From: Tricharina praecox | Lineage: Eukaryota | Direction: 5' to 3' | Assembly: GCF_024521635.1 (NCBI RefSeq) | Contig: NW_026250405.1 | Location: 1,054,001 to 1,118,000, forward strand | Length of the DNA: 64,000 nt | In this document: piece after piece, positions 63,520 to 64,000 of the stretch | Layout: each line of letters opens with the position of its first letter | How positions within the stretch are numbered: the stretch's first letter is position 1 | Program-made: the position numbers and the translations under genes | The notes under the pieces: model-generated | The model's input: only the letters and a program-made list of their open reading frames with translations | What the model was told of the DNA's origin: nothing | Databases searched by the model: none

Positions 63520-63960
63520 TCCACCCTTAGGTTGCACCTTCTCCGTCAACATCTCCATAATCATGCCGTAGCCTTTCCGCTTTGCGGATGATGGCGACGT
63601 CTGACTAATTTTGTTGACAGGGCTCCGAGTCAAATCTTCCGGCATCACGAGCATTGCCGCCTGATCTTCTAAGCTTCACCTTGCAGCACTCGAGAGGACC
63701 GTATTACCGTCGCTTCACATTCAGAGCTGCTCTGTCGAGGAGAAGCTTCAGGACCTCGTTGTGCCTCTTCCGACTAGTGTCGATGCTTGTCGGCCGGAAC
63801 AAATAAAGACGGTTAAAGCATTAGCGAACTGAGATAGGTAATACGACGGGGTGTTGATGTCGATACCGTGGTAGGCGAGTAACAACCTGATCACCTCGAC
63901 AAAGCTAGAGCCTAGGCATAGATCCGAGTAAGTCAGGGCCGCATCTAAGCTACAGTTTTT
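63520..63960 (-). pseudogene. Degenerate ankyrin-repeat sequence
   Basis: Fragments VEVIRLLLAYHGIDINT and VNKISQTSPSSAKRKGYGMIMEMLTEK resemble ankyrin repeats but are separated by stops. Confidence 0.45.
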
Positions 63961-64000
63961 TGGATGTTGCCGTTGGTTTCCCAAGGGATCAGCACTGACC

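Overview
Eukaryotic DNA from a filamentous ascomycete, judged from short GT-AG introns with CTRAC branch sites, a Zn2Cys6 factor and an intron-containing tRNA. I reconstructed about 15 spliced protein genes by hand. The centre of the window is an oxidative L-rhamnose catabolism cluster on the minus strand: a DHDPS-family aldolase, an L-rhamnose 1-dehydrogenase (SDR), an L-rhamnonate dehydratase and an RhaR-like regulator. No lactonase (LRA2) is recognisable. The top finding is that the dehydratase stop codon lies inside a perfect GTAAGT splice donor, while the downstream SDR frame has no ATG before its Rossmann motif and begins at an in-phase branch point plus acceptor. Splicing would give a 749-aa dehydratase-linker-dehydrogenase fusion, and intron retention would give the free dehydratase. 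Also present: a PMI paralogue that lacks its phosphate-binding residues and has a GT-GG intron, a P450 lacking the I-helix acid/Thr pair, a secreted CE4 deacetylase, tRNA-Gln, a near-perfect 1.58-kb tandem duplication, two CsbD-like paralogues, a secreted Tyr/Lys repeat protein, a Cys-containing small secreted protein, and copia, Ulp1-like and ankyrin relics. All gene models and family calls come from manual reading; no searches were run.
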